Origin: Podarcis liolepis
Lineage: Eukaryota
Length of the DNA: 64,000 nt
Strand: one strand, 5' to 3'
NCBI GenBank assembly: GCA_965112155.1
Contig: OZ218102.1
Within the stretch, counting starts at the first letter, position 1. Each line of letters begins with the position of its first letter. A program made the translations under genes and the position numbers. Below, in pieces: positions 13,388 through 26,042 of the stretch. The notes under the pieces were generated by a model. That model made no database searches, had not been told where the DNA came from, and saw nothing but the letters and a program-made list of their open reading frames with translations.

Positions 13388-13759
13388 AGGTAAAGGTAAA
13401 AAGGTAAAGGACCCCTGGATGGTTAAGTCCAGTCAAAGGAGACTATGGGGTTGAAGTGCTCATCTCACTTTCAGGCTGAGGGAGCCGGCGTTTGTCCACA
13501 GACAGCTTTCTGGGTCATGTGGCCAGCATGACTAAACCACTTCTGGTGCAATGGAATGCCATGACGGAAACCAGAGCGCATGGAAATGCTGTTTACCTTC
13601 CCACCACAGCAGTACCTATTTATCTGCTTTCGAACTGCTAGGTTGGCAGGAGCTGGGACAGAGCAATGGGAGCTCACCCCATTGTGAGGATTTGAAATGC
13701 TGACCTTCTGATTGGCAAGCCAAGAGGCTCAGTGGTTTATACCACAGCGCCACCTGCAC
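13388..13759 (-). mobile_element. Sauria SINE, near full length, older subfamily
   Basis: aaaggtaaagg tail, conserved core gggtcatgtggccagcatgactaa, decayed B box. Confidence 0.88.
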
Positions 13760-16700
13760 TCAAATTCCAGGAACAGATTCTTTTATTTTGTGCAGTGCAG
13801 GCCTTGCCCAGAGGTTGCCAAAAGCACTTAATCTGAAATGTGTGCAGTCTTCAAGGCACTGTCAGTGGTCACCTGGGATATGCACTTTTACGAATGAGCT
13901 GCTACTCAGATTTGGCATCCAGGTGGGAGATTTTTCCAAAAGAGGTGGGCGAGCTTTGAAAATAAAGGAAATGCATTGGCAGGATTGATTCAAGGCATGA
14001 CACCCTACAGATCAATGCAGGAAAATATACCAGCAGAAACCTTTGTTTTGTCTCAGAAGGAACGAGTTGATCTGCTGCCTATTAATAACGTTTAAAATTT
14101 CTGCACAGAGGTGGCCAGAATTTATGTGCTGCCTTACCTACATATTTTGCCTTGCTTTATGCCAGCTGTCTCAAATTTGTCCTGATGGGCTGCCCTTACA
14201 ATGTTCCTGCCACTGGGCTGTGTGCTTTTGCCTTATACAAAATAATTCTTTCCATTAAAAAAAAAAAAAATGCTGTCAGACAGAGAGACAAAGTGCTGTT
14301 TTGGGGAAAATGTCAGCAGTGGGAACACATCAGAGGACCAAGGGCATAGGGAGAAGGGCTGTAATGGCTCAGGGAACAAGGCTTTAGCTAATGGGCATTA
14401 AAAAGTGCAGAAATGCCACAAAAGAGTATCATGGCAGTAGGGAAGAGGCGCATCATGTATACAAACAGTCCAGCGGCGTTTGAGGAGTGGTAAATATGTT
14501 TGCTCAAAGATTTGCTGGCTACAGGGGTACGAAGGTCATACTGAAGAAGCTCCTGCAGAGCCCAGAAAGTAAAAATCCATCCAAATGTCATGACACAGAA
14601 AACTAACTTGCTGAACAAAGACACAGCAAACAGCAACCATGGGGATGTGTGCATTTTTATATCAAAAAGGGAAGTTTCTACCTGTATTGCAAAAACAACA
14701 CTAAGACAGGAAGGGCAATCTGCTCAAGCGCTGGGTCAACTTTTTTCTATTCATCTACATCTCAGGGCCACCATCAATCTCAGTAAATGTGGTTCAAACC
14801 TAGGCCCACTTCTCCAACATTACACATTCCTACTCACATTCAAAAATGCACATAGAAATAAGCCAGAAATCCATGTCTTTCTAGCATCATATATATGTGT
14901 ACTTTGAATAAATTTCTAGAAGCTTTGAGAAGTACTGGCCTCACATTTATTTATTTATTTGGAATGGTATGTGTGTTCCATACTTCCTCCAAAGAGCCCA
15001 AAACAGGGTAAGTAGGGTTTTCTGTAGAAAGGAAGTGAAATTTCTTAGACTTGGATTTTATCAGGAAATTTCTGAGATTTTTCTTGGTCTCACCTATCTA
15101 GAAAAATTAGACCACTTTGCAGAAATTTCTCCACCATTTTGGATGGGGGGCCATATCCATCCCTCCCACAATGCCCTAGAATGACTTTTGGAAAAATTTC
15201 TCATCCCCTGGAGAAATTAAGTGAATTCCTCTCCCCATAATTTCTCTGCCCACAAATATGGTGGGGAATTTCGAGAGGCAATTTGCACAGAGCTGTAATT
15301 TTTAGATTATCTTGCAATTGGGTGTTGAAGGGAGTCCAACAACATTTGGGGAGATGTTCCCCATCTCTATTATCTCTCCCCCATCAGCTCTAAGGGTCAC
15401 TGTTCTATAAATGGGACCCTCAAAGATGTCAGACTCCCAGAGCTAAGTTCCAAACACTCTCATATTTACATTTATAGGTATATTGATTTATTAGCCTCCT
15501 ACAGGTATTTATATAACATATATTGTCCCTTACTGCTTAGTAAAAAAAATAAAATCAGTTGTGGCAGATAGATGCTATTTGTGCTCTGTAATTTCAGATT
15601 TACCAGCATGTTAGTTAGAAAGTTGATATAATAGTGTAACTTTATACTTTTGGTTTCTGAGTTATGCTTTTTTGGCAGTTTTCACAATCTTCTGTATAGT
15701 CTAGTATACTGACATATATTTTGTACTGAAGTAAACATTTTAGGTAATTGATCACACGTTTCCTTAAGGGGTATTACACATTAGCAGAAAAATATGGATA
15801 GTTACTGTATCCTGATTCACTGTTGCCGAGCTTAGAAACTTTCTATGCAAAGGATCCCATCATCCATATTCACATTGGTCTCATTAAATAGCTTTAAAAT
15901 TATTTAAACCTATTAGGCTCCAGCACTGAGCTCTCTTGGCCTCTGTTTTCAGCTTAATTATCTTCCCTTAAGGATAAGAAGTGATCCAGGGACATTTTGT
16001 CCAAAAGTTAAAATTAAGAAAATCTCAGGGATATACAACAAAGCATCTGAAGGTCAGGAAGTACAAGAGCAACTACAAATTTAGCAGGAAACCTTAATTC
16101 CACCTTTTGCAGTACGCTCTTGGTTAATCTTTAATTCCATGGCTGCATGTTCATGATCCGCCCATTTGAATTATAATGAGTACATTATCCCCAAGAATTT
16201 AGGCTCACATTTTCCTTTTAAAGAAAGAGAAAGTCTGGGAGGCTTCTCTCCTAAAGTGCAAATTGGATTTTAGCTGCTCCCAATTTGGTTTTCTTCCCCC
16301 TATCTCATTTCCTGCTTTGGCTGTGGTTTACATAGGTATTGCTGCTGGCTGTAATCTGAAGAGCCCTAAAGAGCTGTGTGCATTTGTGTTGGAGATTTCC
16401 CCTGAAACACCTGGGAACTGCCGAATATAATTGTTTGCAGCTGGTTCTGCATTCACAGCAAGCACGTAAAGTATGTGTAGGTGCGGGTGGAGAAGTGTCA
16501 ATGGACAGTGATTACTCACTGGCCAAGATTGCTGCCTTGCTATTTTATTATCCTATTAACTTTCCTAATACAAGTTATAAAGGCTCATTTGCTGCCTTTC
16601 AGGAGAGCTCCGTTTGCATTCTGGGAAGGATCTGGATATGATCTGTTTACTAAACAGCTGATGAAAAGCCATATGCCTATATTTCACTGTGGCTAATCAA

Positions 16701-17588
16701 TCTATGCATTTCAAAAGGAGGAAGTTGGAAAAACCAGGCACTTTATAGAATGGGGGGAGGGAGTGTTTGTTTATCGATTCCCTCCAAGACCTTACCTTTG
16801 CTCATCAATCTAACTATAGCAAGCAAAAAGGCAGTTGCTCTTTACAGTAATCTGTGACAAACTCCCATTTCTGCTGAGCTGAGGTCTGTGTGTAGGCCTA
16901 TCTCCTAGGACTCATGTGTAAAAGGGCTGATGACAAGCGCACACTACAAGTAACTGGCTGACAAGCAAGTACTGCATACATCTCAGCTTCTCATTTTTCC
17001 TAAAACACACATTTGTAAAAAATAATGGCAGAACCTGTTTCAACATCTGACTAAACAAAAGCCAGGAGGCACAAAGGCTGAGGATTTCCTCCGGTGCTTT
17101 TTGAAGCCTTACATTCTCCCTGTTTCCTTGCTGCCTTTTTAAAAATTTGCTCTGCAGAGTATCTCCTGAGAAAATCCCCACTTTCATACAAGCTTAAACA
17201 TCTTCCAGCAAAACGCTTGTTCTCAATTTAAGTTCTCTGCCAATGTATTCCTTGAAATGATCTCTGCTCCCCTCCTTAGTTATCTCAGTACTGTTCATCT
17301 CTCTTGCTATTCCTTCCACTTGTCTTTCACTCTCAGCTTTATCTTACTTCCAAGTCAGACCACAATGCTTAAAGATGCCTTTAAAGTATAGGTATTTTTA
17401 AAAAATGTATTTTGTTGTTGAATTTTGATATATAAGGTAGTAAACTGCCTTGGGATGAATTTTATTATCAAAAGGTGGTGAATAAATTTAGGAAACAAAT
17501 AAATCTAATTGGCATTTCTCAACCCTGCCCCAATGAAAAACAGTTACATGGAGTTGTCCAAACTTTCCTGGCTTCTCCCGCCACTCAC

Positions 17589-17653
17589 CTCGACCAGTGC
17601 TGTAGTGTTGTAACTTATCACTGTATACTGCCTCTTTGCTGTAAGCTCGCTTC
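17589..17653 (-). CDS. EPHB1: EPHB1 exon ~9 (65 nt), juxtamembrane RKRAYSKEAVYSDKLQHYSTGR (not in ORF track)
   Basis: Read manually. Acceptor ttttcctag|G, donor GAG|gtgagt. Bridges phase 2 to phase 1 exactly as the flanking exons require. Confidence 0.95.
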
Positions 17654-17763
17654 CTAGGAAAATGAAAAAGAAGATGCCATTCAATCAGTGCCCAAGGCTG
17701 TAAAGACAGACCAGTTTGTCCTTATTCACTGCACCTTTGTGGACAAATATGGAATTAACATAT

Positions 17764-18015
17764 CAGGTCTGGCTCAAGGACTGGAGCTGCCTGAGGCAAG
17801 GGACAAAATCGCACCCCATCCTTTCCGTGTGCGTGACCAGATAGACAGTTGAATCTTACTTCAACATTGGTGGCACTGCAGCAGTCCCCTCAGCACCTGA
17901 GAGCAGTAGGACAGCTTTGGGGGCACAGCTCTGTCCTCCAACATCTCATCGCCAGTCCCCATTACCCGGGATCTGTCACCAGAGGCAACCTCCCTAATAG
18001 TCAGAGCTGGCCCTG
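17764..18015. mobile_element. Degenerate hAT-like non-autonomous element between exons ~8 and ~9
   Basis: Imperfect termini caggtctggctc ... gagctggccctg. No clear target duplication. Confidence 0.45.
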
Positions 18016-18476
18016 CAAACCACAAATTGAGTTTTCTACCAGAAACTCCTCAGGAAGTGTGTATTTTGGTATGCCTGTGTGCATCAAGCTCAGGACCAGT
18101 AATGGAAAGCAGCAGGCATTTGGAAAGGAGCTTTCTCGGGGAAAGTGCCATTAAATGCAGAGACTGACGTAGCTCGTGTTGTTGTTTAAATCTGGCACCC
18201 TTCGTAAGAGAATACATGCAAGATTCTGCCCTGTGTGCAAGTGTGTCTTAGCAATAGAACATTCGCCCCTTTAAAGAAGGTGTGCTTAAGCTACGCAAAC
18301 CAAATATCCATTAGCACCTACACCGCGCTTCTTATGTAACCATTACAGATCAATTGTTAGCTCCTTGATTCCATTATCCAGCGCTGCCCTGCAGTAAATG
18401 TGTGTGTTTCCACAATCTCCTTCAGGAAGATTCAGCCTTGGAATGAAAGCAAAATTTATAATGTGGCAAATGGTAC

Positions 18477-18585
18477 CTGCTGCAAACAATTGAAATAGCC
18501 ACTAAGGAGACAATAAAGACGACCCCTGCTGCTGCAGACCCGGCAATCAATGGCAGTTGTTCTCTCAGTTCTGACTTGTAGTCAT
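18477..18585 (-). CDS. EPHB1: EPHB1 exon ~8 (109 nt), transmembrane helix DDYKSELREQLPLIAGSAAAGVVFIVSLVAISIVCSR
   Basis: Acceptor cttttccag|AT, donor CAG|gtacca, hydrophobic stretch. Confidence 0.95.
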
Positions 18586-20900
18586 CTGGAAAAGAAAAAT
18601 ACATTTGTAACATTCTTGCCTGCTCATACAAGCCTTTGCTGCCAATAGCAAATCTCTATTATTTATTTACTAGCTTTGTATGCCACCATTTCTACCAGGA
18701 ATTCAGGATGGGTTACATAGGTGATCCAAAGAAGCACAGATCCTGGTTGAATGCCAAGACCCCTGGAATCCCACGCATGACAGGGATTGTAACAATGGCC
18801 AGCTTTTGCCATTTCTATGTTAGAAGGGCTCTCAGATCCTGAACTCTACAGTTTGGCAAGTTGAGTGTTGAGGGCTATGGAAGACAAGCACTTAATAATG
18901 GCTCAGTTCATATGGAACACCAAATCATTTTTCGTACTACAAGAAAAAGCCTGGAAGGAGCCTTAGACACTTATATTTTTTCTTCCATCTCCATACTTCC
19001 CTTGCAGACTCAGAGAACCTAATTACTTTTTGGTTGTTGTTGTTTTGCAAACCTCAGTTTACCATTACATCAGAACATGCAAACTTTGGCTTATGTTTGC
19101 CCTGCAACCCAGGACCTAATCCAGGGAAATGATACCCTTTGCAGTGCTTTCTGGCTTTCTCAATAAGTTGATCAGATAGGAAGAACTCTTTATTTGTTCA
19201 GTCCTTACCACAATGGACCTGCACATCAATTAACATTTTTATTTTTATTAAAATTATTGTTCATCTTCTGATAATTCTCTCTCTAAGTCCTATCAGCTTA
19301 GAATGAATTCACACAAATGGAAGTATTTCACACTTCCTTTTAATTTTCTTCCTCTCGTTTTGCAGCTAATTACTGGTAACCTGTTTTATCTCCTGCTTGA
19401 TGCTTAAATCCTGTGCAAAATCTCATTTAACAATCAATTATTATTTAATAACATACAATATCCATTCTTGCTGTATTTCAATTAACTGCTTCTATTTCAG
19501 ACACAGCATTCTCCTTGTCTGCCTAATTGTAAGTATTGGAGAAAATCATTTTTTAAAATGTCCATCAGTTATGTGCTGTGTGTATGTGCTCCCCATACCC
19601 TTCCTCAATTAAAACTTCTGGACACTAGACAAGGAGGCATTTGTAGCAAAAGTGACTTTGCTAGACTTTGAAAGAACCTCTTAAAAGTGCTCCGTGGAGG
19701 GAGCCACCTGAATTAGGGGGGGGGGGGATTGCTTGCTGATCTTTAGCTACGCTGAGAATATATTACTGAAAAGAGTATATTTTGTTACAAGCAAAGTAAG
19801 ATTTGTCTAACCAGGCATCATCAAAAAGTCTCATATATATATGTCTCCCCTGAGGTTTGAGCTAGAACTTGAACAATTCTTCAAAATATAATTAACCAAA
19901 CATGTTGGTTTTTCAATCTTTAGGTTCTGAGAAAATTAATTGTGCACATTTAAAACTGAACCTTGTCCAGTTCTACAGATATAGAAATTATGATACAGTC
20001 AAGATTTTTGTGCTTGACGCATGTGTGTCTAAGCTGTGTGTCTAAGCTGTGTATATACAGCAGCGAATTGCTGGTTCAGTGACACATGTCAACACCCTTC
20101 ATGTCAGTGTGTATATCTTTCAAACCAATTTGTCTCCCTAACAGATTACAGTTTTAGTATGTACTTTGGATGTACACTTTAAAAATGCAATGACCAACCC
20201 ATTCTTAGTGAATAACTATGTGAGATGCTTTAATCCTGATGAACTGAGAGTGGCTGTCAATTGTAGACAAATCTTGAACACTAATACTTATTTAGTATGG
20301 TAATAATAGAAAACAGGACCATAGAACTTTATCACAGTTCCTAATCGTGTGTCGGGTTCTATTTGCATTCAAATGACTGCAAGGTGGATAATCCTCTTCA
20401 GTTCTTCCTTGCTCAGCACAGAAACATAGGGGTAAGGGCTGGCACACATGGGCACATTGGGGGTGGGGCCTGCTCCATGCCTCCTGATTGGGTTAATTTC
20501 CTGTTTATGTGCCATACCTGCACAAGGCTGTGGTCATGAGCTTATCTGTTTACTGCTCATTCTAGAGAAAGCAAGTCTAAGTTTTCAAAACCCTGCATGC
20601 TAATTCTTGCAGGCTATTGGGGCCAAAGTAGTGGCCATGTTTGACACAACATATACAGAAAACCCTCAGTGGTAGAGAAAGATGATGCCTCTGGTCTGAT
20701 TCCACAGTGGTGGCGAGTGCCAAGGAAGATACTTTGCCTACAGCTGGAGAGCTAATCTTTATCACAGAGTTCTTCCAATTATGCACAATTTCCTCTGGAC
20801 TTTTTCTAGGCCTGCTTTTTGGAGGAAGGTCCCACACATTCTCTAGTGCAGCGAGAGGAAGGACTGGCCACCAGAGTAAATTCAAGAGTGCATATGTATA

Positions 20901-21142
20901 CAGTGGTACCTCGGGTTAAGTACTTAATTCGTTCCGGAGGTCCATTCTTAACCTGAAACTGTTCTTAACCTGAAGCACCACTTTAGCTAATGGGGCCTCC
21001 TGCTGCCGCTGCACCGCTGCTGCACAATTTCTGTTCTCATCCTGAAGAAACGTTTTTAACCTGAGGTACTATTTCTGGGTTGGCGGAGTCTGTAACCTGA
21101 AGCATCTGTAACCTGAAGCGTATGTAACCCGAGGTACCACTG
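20901..21142 (+). mobile_element. Tc1/mariner-superfamily (Tigger/pogo-like) MITE, 242 bp
   Basis: Perfect terminal inverted repeats CAGTGGTACCTCGGGTTA / TAACCCGAGGTACCACTG flanked by TA. Strand is arbitrary and used only to show relative orientation. Confidence 0.9.
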
Positions 21143-21909
21143 TACTCTCTTTTATGCACTTTTAATTGGCTGCTTGTTGGTAGAGTGTTGGGCTATTGTG
21201 CTTAAGTTAACAGATTTAATCTACCAACCTTAAACTAATGTACACGGGCCTGTCTCTGTTTCTTCTGAAATTCAAAAATGAACTTGTGACTGTTGCAGTT
21301 AGACCTTGGAAGGTGGTGCAGTGTTATACAATCAAAGGATACTGGCAAATACAGCCAGGCTCTGAATGTTTACATTCAGTTTATTTCTCAACTTCCTATA
21401 ACTTCAAACAAAATCTAATTTTATTATACCACCATAGGTGCTTATTTCCTAGAACTACAGATTTACATGTTGGGTGTGAACAATGAGGGATAGCACACCA
21501 CACCACACTCATGTATAAATCATATATTATGCAGAATACTACCCACTGCTGGATACAGAATACTGGGCCACTACTCTGACCAACAGAGGTCAATCTGACC
21601 CCTCCCTAGCTTATTTGCAAACACTGAAAACCCATTCATATGCAGTTGGGCGGGGAATCGCTTGCATGGTCAGGGTAAAAACAGAGATAAGAGATTTCAG
21701 TCAGATTAATCCTCCAGCTGGCAATTAATCAAACATCTCTCTAAATCACCAGTCTCTCTCCACACTGCCCCACTGGGAGGCAAGGGTTTGGAGAGACAAG
21801 TTGATTTAATCCAATTATAGCTTAGAGGCTCGACAGAGTGCAACCTCCTTCCCTCTGTTCCTTTCTCAGTTCCCTCTCTGCTCCCCCCTCCTTTTTTTGT
21901 TACACTTAC

Positions 21910-22072
21910 CGTCCGTTAAGGTTTGGAAGCACATTTTTCCACTGTATTTCCCATAGCCAGCCACTGTCCGAGCCCGAACCTGTACCACATAGACCATCCC
22001 TGGTCGCAGCCCATCAATCCGTGCCGTGTTGGTCTGGCTCTTCGCCATGGAGGAATTGTACTCATTGTGGTC
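21910..22072 (-). CDS. EPHB1: EPHB1 exon ~7 (163 nt), C-terminal half of second FN3 domain DHNEYNSSMAKSQTNTARIDGLRPGMVYVVQVRARTVAGYGKYSGKMCFQTLTD
   Basis: Acceptor ttccctgaag|GAC, donor GACG|gtaagt, motif QVRARTVAGYG. Confidence 0.96.
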
Positions 22073-22455
22073 CTTCAGGGAACAGCAAATAGAAAAGAGA
22101 AACATATGAGTAAAAGTTATATTTTGGGGATCTTATTTCCAAGGTGTACTTTTGTGACAACGGCTTCTTAAAGTTAAGATGGCAACAAAAGGCAACATCA
22201 GACATCTTCCTTGTATTTCTCCCTCAACAGGGCCAAGGACCAACGTGCAACCACTGACATTTGGCAAGCTTCCTGTTAGGCCCGGTGCATGGAAAGCAGT
22301 GGGTTGATGATGTTGATGACTGTTTTGTAATCACAGCTACATATTGACTTCCACAGACCCCTTTTCAATAACAATGGTGTGATGCACCATTTACACGTAA
22401 TCAAAAAGGCAGATTCACTCCATTCACTCCATTCAAAAATGATGAAATGAACATA

Positions 22456-22679
22456 CAGTGGTACCTTGGGTTACAAACACTTCGGGTTACAAACTCAGCT
22501 AACCTGGAAGTAGTACCTCAGGTTGTGAACTTTGCCCCAGGAGGAGAATGGAAATCGCTCCCCGCGGTGTGGCGACAGCAAAAAGCCCCATTAGCAAAAA
22601 CACACCTCACGTTAAGAACGGTTTTGGTTTAAGAATGGACCTCCGGAATGAATTAAGTTCATAACCCGAGGTACCACTG
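22456..22679 (-). mobile_element. Tc1/mariner-superfamily MITE, 224 bp, inverted relative to 20901-21142
   Basis: Termini CAGTGGTACCT...AGGTACCACTG with TA flanks. Interior is the reverse complement of the 20901 copy. Confidence 0.88.
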
Positions 22680-24135
22680 TACCTGTATGTGTAGAGGGTT
22701 CACAGACTTTTAAAACAAGCAAGCAAACAAACAAACAAAAAGACCTCACCAAATAGTGAAGGCTTATAGGGGAGCGAGTTACAGCACAGATCACTGATTC
22801 TATCACAAAAGGTAGCAAAGAGGTACCTGCAACAGCTGGGCAATCTAGTAGTGGACAGTGTGGTGGAGCAGCACCACTCACTTGATGTCTGGTCAGTGTC
22901 ATCACTGCTACTTCTTGGGAGCTGGAGAAGGGAGGTGGCCACAATGCAAGCACACTGGCAGGAGCCCCAGATTGACTGTGCAGGTACATTTCTACTGTGC
23001 CAACTTAAGTACCACCTTGCCTCCCCTTCGCTACCTCCCAGTAAACAGCAGTGATGTGACAGAGACCAGGCAAATGGCAGTGCCACACCACACCATTTGC
23101 TACTGATGTAACCAAATTCCCCACTTCTTGGGAAAGGTACAATATACTGCACAGTGTATGCATTTTCACTGTGCAACTTGGAGTGAAGGTGATTTGCTGG
23201 GTAAAAATATGGGTAATATTTATTGTACAAAAAATTGGAGAGGCCTTCCATTCTTAGTACCCACTATACAGTTCTTAATCTAGCTAGCCTACCATCTCTC
23301 CCAAACGGGCAGCGATTGCAGCTGAATTTATACATGCATGTTCCTCACTTGCAGGAATATAAATATGAAGTGGTAACTTGTACATGCAAAACAACCATCA
23401 ACAATCAAACACAGAACATCCCTCCTCAAACTCAACCGTTTACAGACTATGCAGTGCACACACTGCATCAAGCATTGTATTTCTGAGCAATTTGACATGC
23501 AAATGAAAGTCTGTGACTCCTATTGATATATGATTAACTAAAATAGGAGATTTGGAATAAAAATTGAATATCAGAATTCAAACACAACTGTTGTATCCTA
23601 AATATCTTTCTATTAAATCGCTGGACTCCATGTTTTTCCTCTCTCAAAAGAGGTGGCATGACCTATAATATAATATATGATACTATAATATATGATTTGG
23701 CTGTTAGGCTTTTATCAAGCCTTGCTGAAAACTTGTGAGTCAAAAACACAGTGTTAGCATTTCATCAAATTCTCCTTCCAGTCCCTGCTTTTTTGCCCCA
23801 GCTCTGCTGTGGTGTGCGTGGGATGGTATAGATGAGATTCCAGTTTAACAGCCCACTCCAACGTACTCACACACTGGGTCGGTCTGTGAAGTGCGCATCA
23901 GGCACAGAGAGCCGTCACTATCCATTGTCTCTGTGACAATGGGGCCTGAAGAAAGAATGCAACTCTATCCAATTTCGTGGCCTGGAGATTGTCATATGCT
24001 ATTTCTTACACTTCACTTCCCAGATATTCATTTGACAGATAGAAAACTGAAGGTGAAAATCAGTAAGTTGCCCAAGGCTACCATAGTGCCCAGTGCTTGA
24101 ATTTGGGACTCCCTGGTGTCCAATTCCAATTTGCT

Positions 24136-24265
24136 TAGGGTGGTGAGATGGAAAAAGAGGACAAGTCTCTGGCACTTTAATAGTTGTCTAGAAGAGGGAA
24201 TTTCAGCAGGTGTAGTTGATGCGACAAGTGCAGCTGCATGTCCTCTTTTTCATCTGACCACCCTG
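24136..24265. mobile_element. Small hAT (Blackjack-like) MITE
   Basis: Inverted termini tagggtggtgagatggaaaaagaggaca ... tgtcctctttttcatctgaccaccctg. Confidence 0.6.
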
Positions 24266-25329
24266 TGTTCAGCTTGACACTCAATTATCAAGACCCTATG
24301 TAGCTATAGCATATCCTCAGTTTTGAATCCAAATCATGAAACTCATTTGCCCTGTCTCCCTTTTTCTTCTAGACTACTTCACTTCCCTCTGAGCAGTCAG
24401 ATACTTAGGCAGGTGGGTCTAATACAAACATGGGAACTCGTTGAGGTCCAAAGCTGGCGCCACCTCCCATTTCAGGTAGACCTGCACTCATAAACAATAC
24501 CATGCATGGTCTGCACAGTAGCACCGCAATTGACAAGTGCTTCCTGACAATCTGGCATTTGATATCATTTACTGTACCTCAGGGACTCATGGGCAGAGCA
24601 GGTTCTTAGTCCAATCTGCAGCAATCTGTGCTGGGTTACATCTATCCAACTTTTACAAGGTAATAAAACAAGAGTCATCTCTGGGATATGAGGGGCTTGA
24701 GAGGCAGAGAACTTCAGGAAGATAATACAGGCACAGGAGAGTGGCACAGAGTTGGCAAAGCACTCACTATACATCACCAAGTCTAGCTCAGTGTGCAGAT
24801 TGTCACTCCTAGCAAGCTATTAGTCACTTGAAACAATGATATTTCAATAACATGAGGAAATGAAACAAGTGTACACAGCAAGCAAGCAGAAATCAACGGG
24901 GAGTCCCTGCTTTCAGTTAACTATTATTTTCAAGATTTTCTGCAGCAGTGGGGCTGAACGGTTTAGTGACGCTTGGGACAGGAATTCCTTCTCTGCTGCT
25001 GCTTTATGGTTCAGGCAAGCAACAGGCAACAGAAGCTGAGCTAAGCGGGGTACATTTGATTTAACGTGGGGAGGACTGGAGCCATAGTGAGAATGTAAAC
25101 ATTGGACATGGAGAAGTTCCTAGTAAGCTGTGAAATAATGTACTAAAGCAACTGTGTCCTGTGAACTCTTTGCAGCCAGGTGGTACAAAGCCTGTAAGGA
25201 GATAGTCCACAGGTGGGAGTGTTGTATGTACGGAAAGAGTTTGTATTGACAATATGATTAGAACCAATTGCGGCTAAGTGAATCTGTCTATTTAAGTTTC
25301 TCATACATCCCCCCCATCTGAAATTCCGT

Positions 25330-25560
25330 TCTCCACGTTTCTGCCTGAAATAGTGATTTGTCATTTTCTTCTTCTTTTAAATATGCATTTTAATATACAA
25401 TTATCCCCAATATACACATTTTGGGACACATTTCTTGGTTGGAGATCTGGATCACAAAATTTGGAGAAGTGTGCGTGCCAATGGATTGCTGAATTTTGCT
25501 TTGTGTGTTGTTTTAGAAAGTGCAAATTAAGTAGTTTTGCATTAAAATGCTGGAATGTAG
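25330..25560. mobile_element. Fragment of AT-rich interspersed repeat (same family as 27029-27405)
   Basis: Shared motifs ccaatatacacatttt, caaaatttggagaagtg, ttgttttagaaagtgcaaatt. Confidence 0.55.
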
Positions 25561-25860
25561 AGAAGTAATAGGAATTCATTCTGGTGAAGGTCAATATGAA
25601 GGACAGCTAACCCCATCTTGCCCACCTCAAATGTTGAAGGTTTGGTCTACAAATCTGATATAGGTTTTCCAGAAATATTAATACTGAGGAAAGAGCCTAC
25701 TTCAAAAATCGCACGGCTGTCACAGTGTCTCCCCATTGACTTCAACTAGGCTTTGAATCAAGCCAATACTGCACATCCACAACATGAAAAAACAACACCA
25801 GACTCCGAAATCAATAATGGCCCATCCCAACTCCCCTTCCTCAAACACATTCAGGCTTAC

Positions 25861-25917
25861 GGTGGATGGTCTTGCGCCCATAGTGCTGCTAATCTCGGGG
25901 ATGCAGATCCGGCTCAC
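25861..25917 (-). CDS. EPHB1: Putative alternative 3' extension of exon ~6 (57 nt, VSRICIPEISSTMGARPST)
   Basis: Frame stays open past the first donor to a second donor ACC|gtaagc. Length is a multiple of 3 and phase 0 is kept. Confidence 0.65.
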
Positions 25918-26042
25918 CTTCTCATAGTAACGGATCTCATAATCCAGGATGATGCCATTGGGCTGTTCCGGCTGAGGCCATGACAGTGTGATGCTCCTCA
26001 TGCTGGCACTTACCTGGTGCATGATGGGAACTGTGGAGGGAG
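25918..26042 (-). CDS. EPHB1: EPHB1 exon ~6 (125 nt), N-terminal half of second FN3 domain APSTVPIMHQVSASMRSITLSWPQPEQPNGIILDYEIRYYEK
   Basis: Acceptor ttctccgtag|CT, donor AAG|gtgagc. A second in-frame donor lies 57 nt downstream. Confidence 0.95.

Noticed and set aside
18422-18476. Read-through of the transmembrane exon into the intron giving a kinase-less receptor ending YHLPHYKFCFHSKAESS
   Set aside because: Any intron gives a short read-through frame, and I found no convincing nearby polyadenylation signal or other support.
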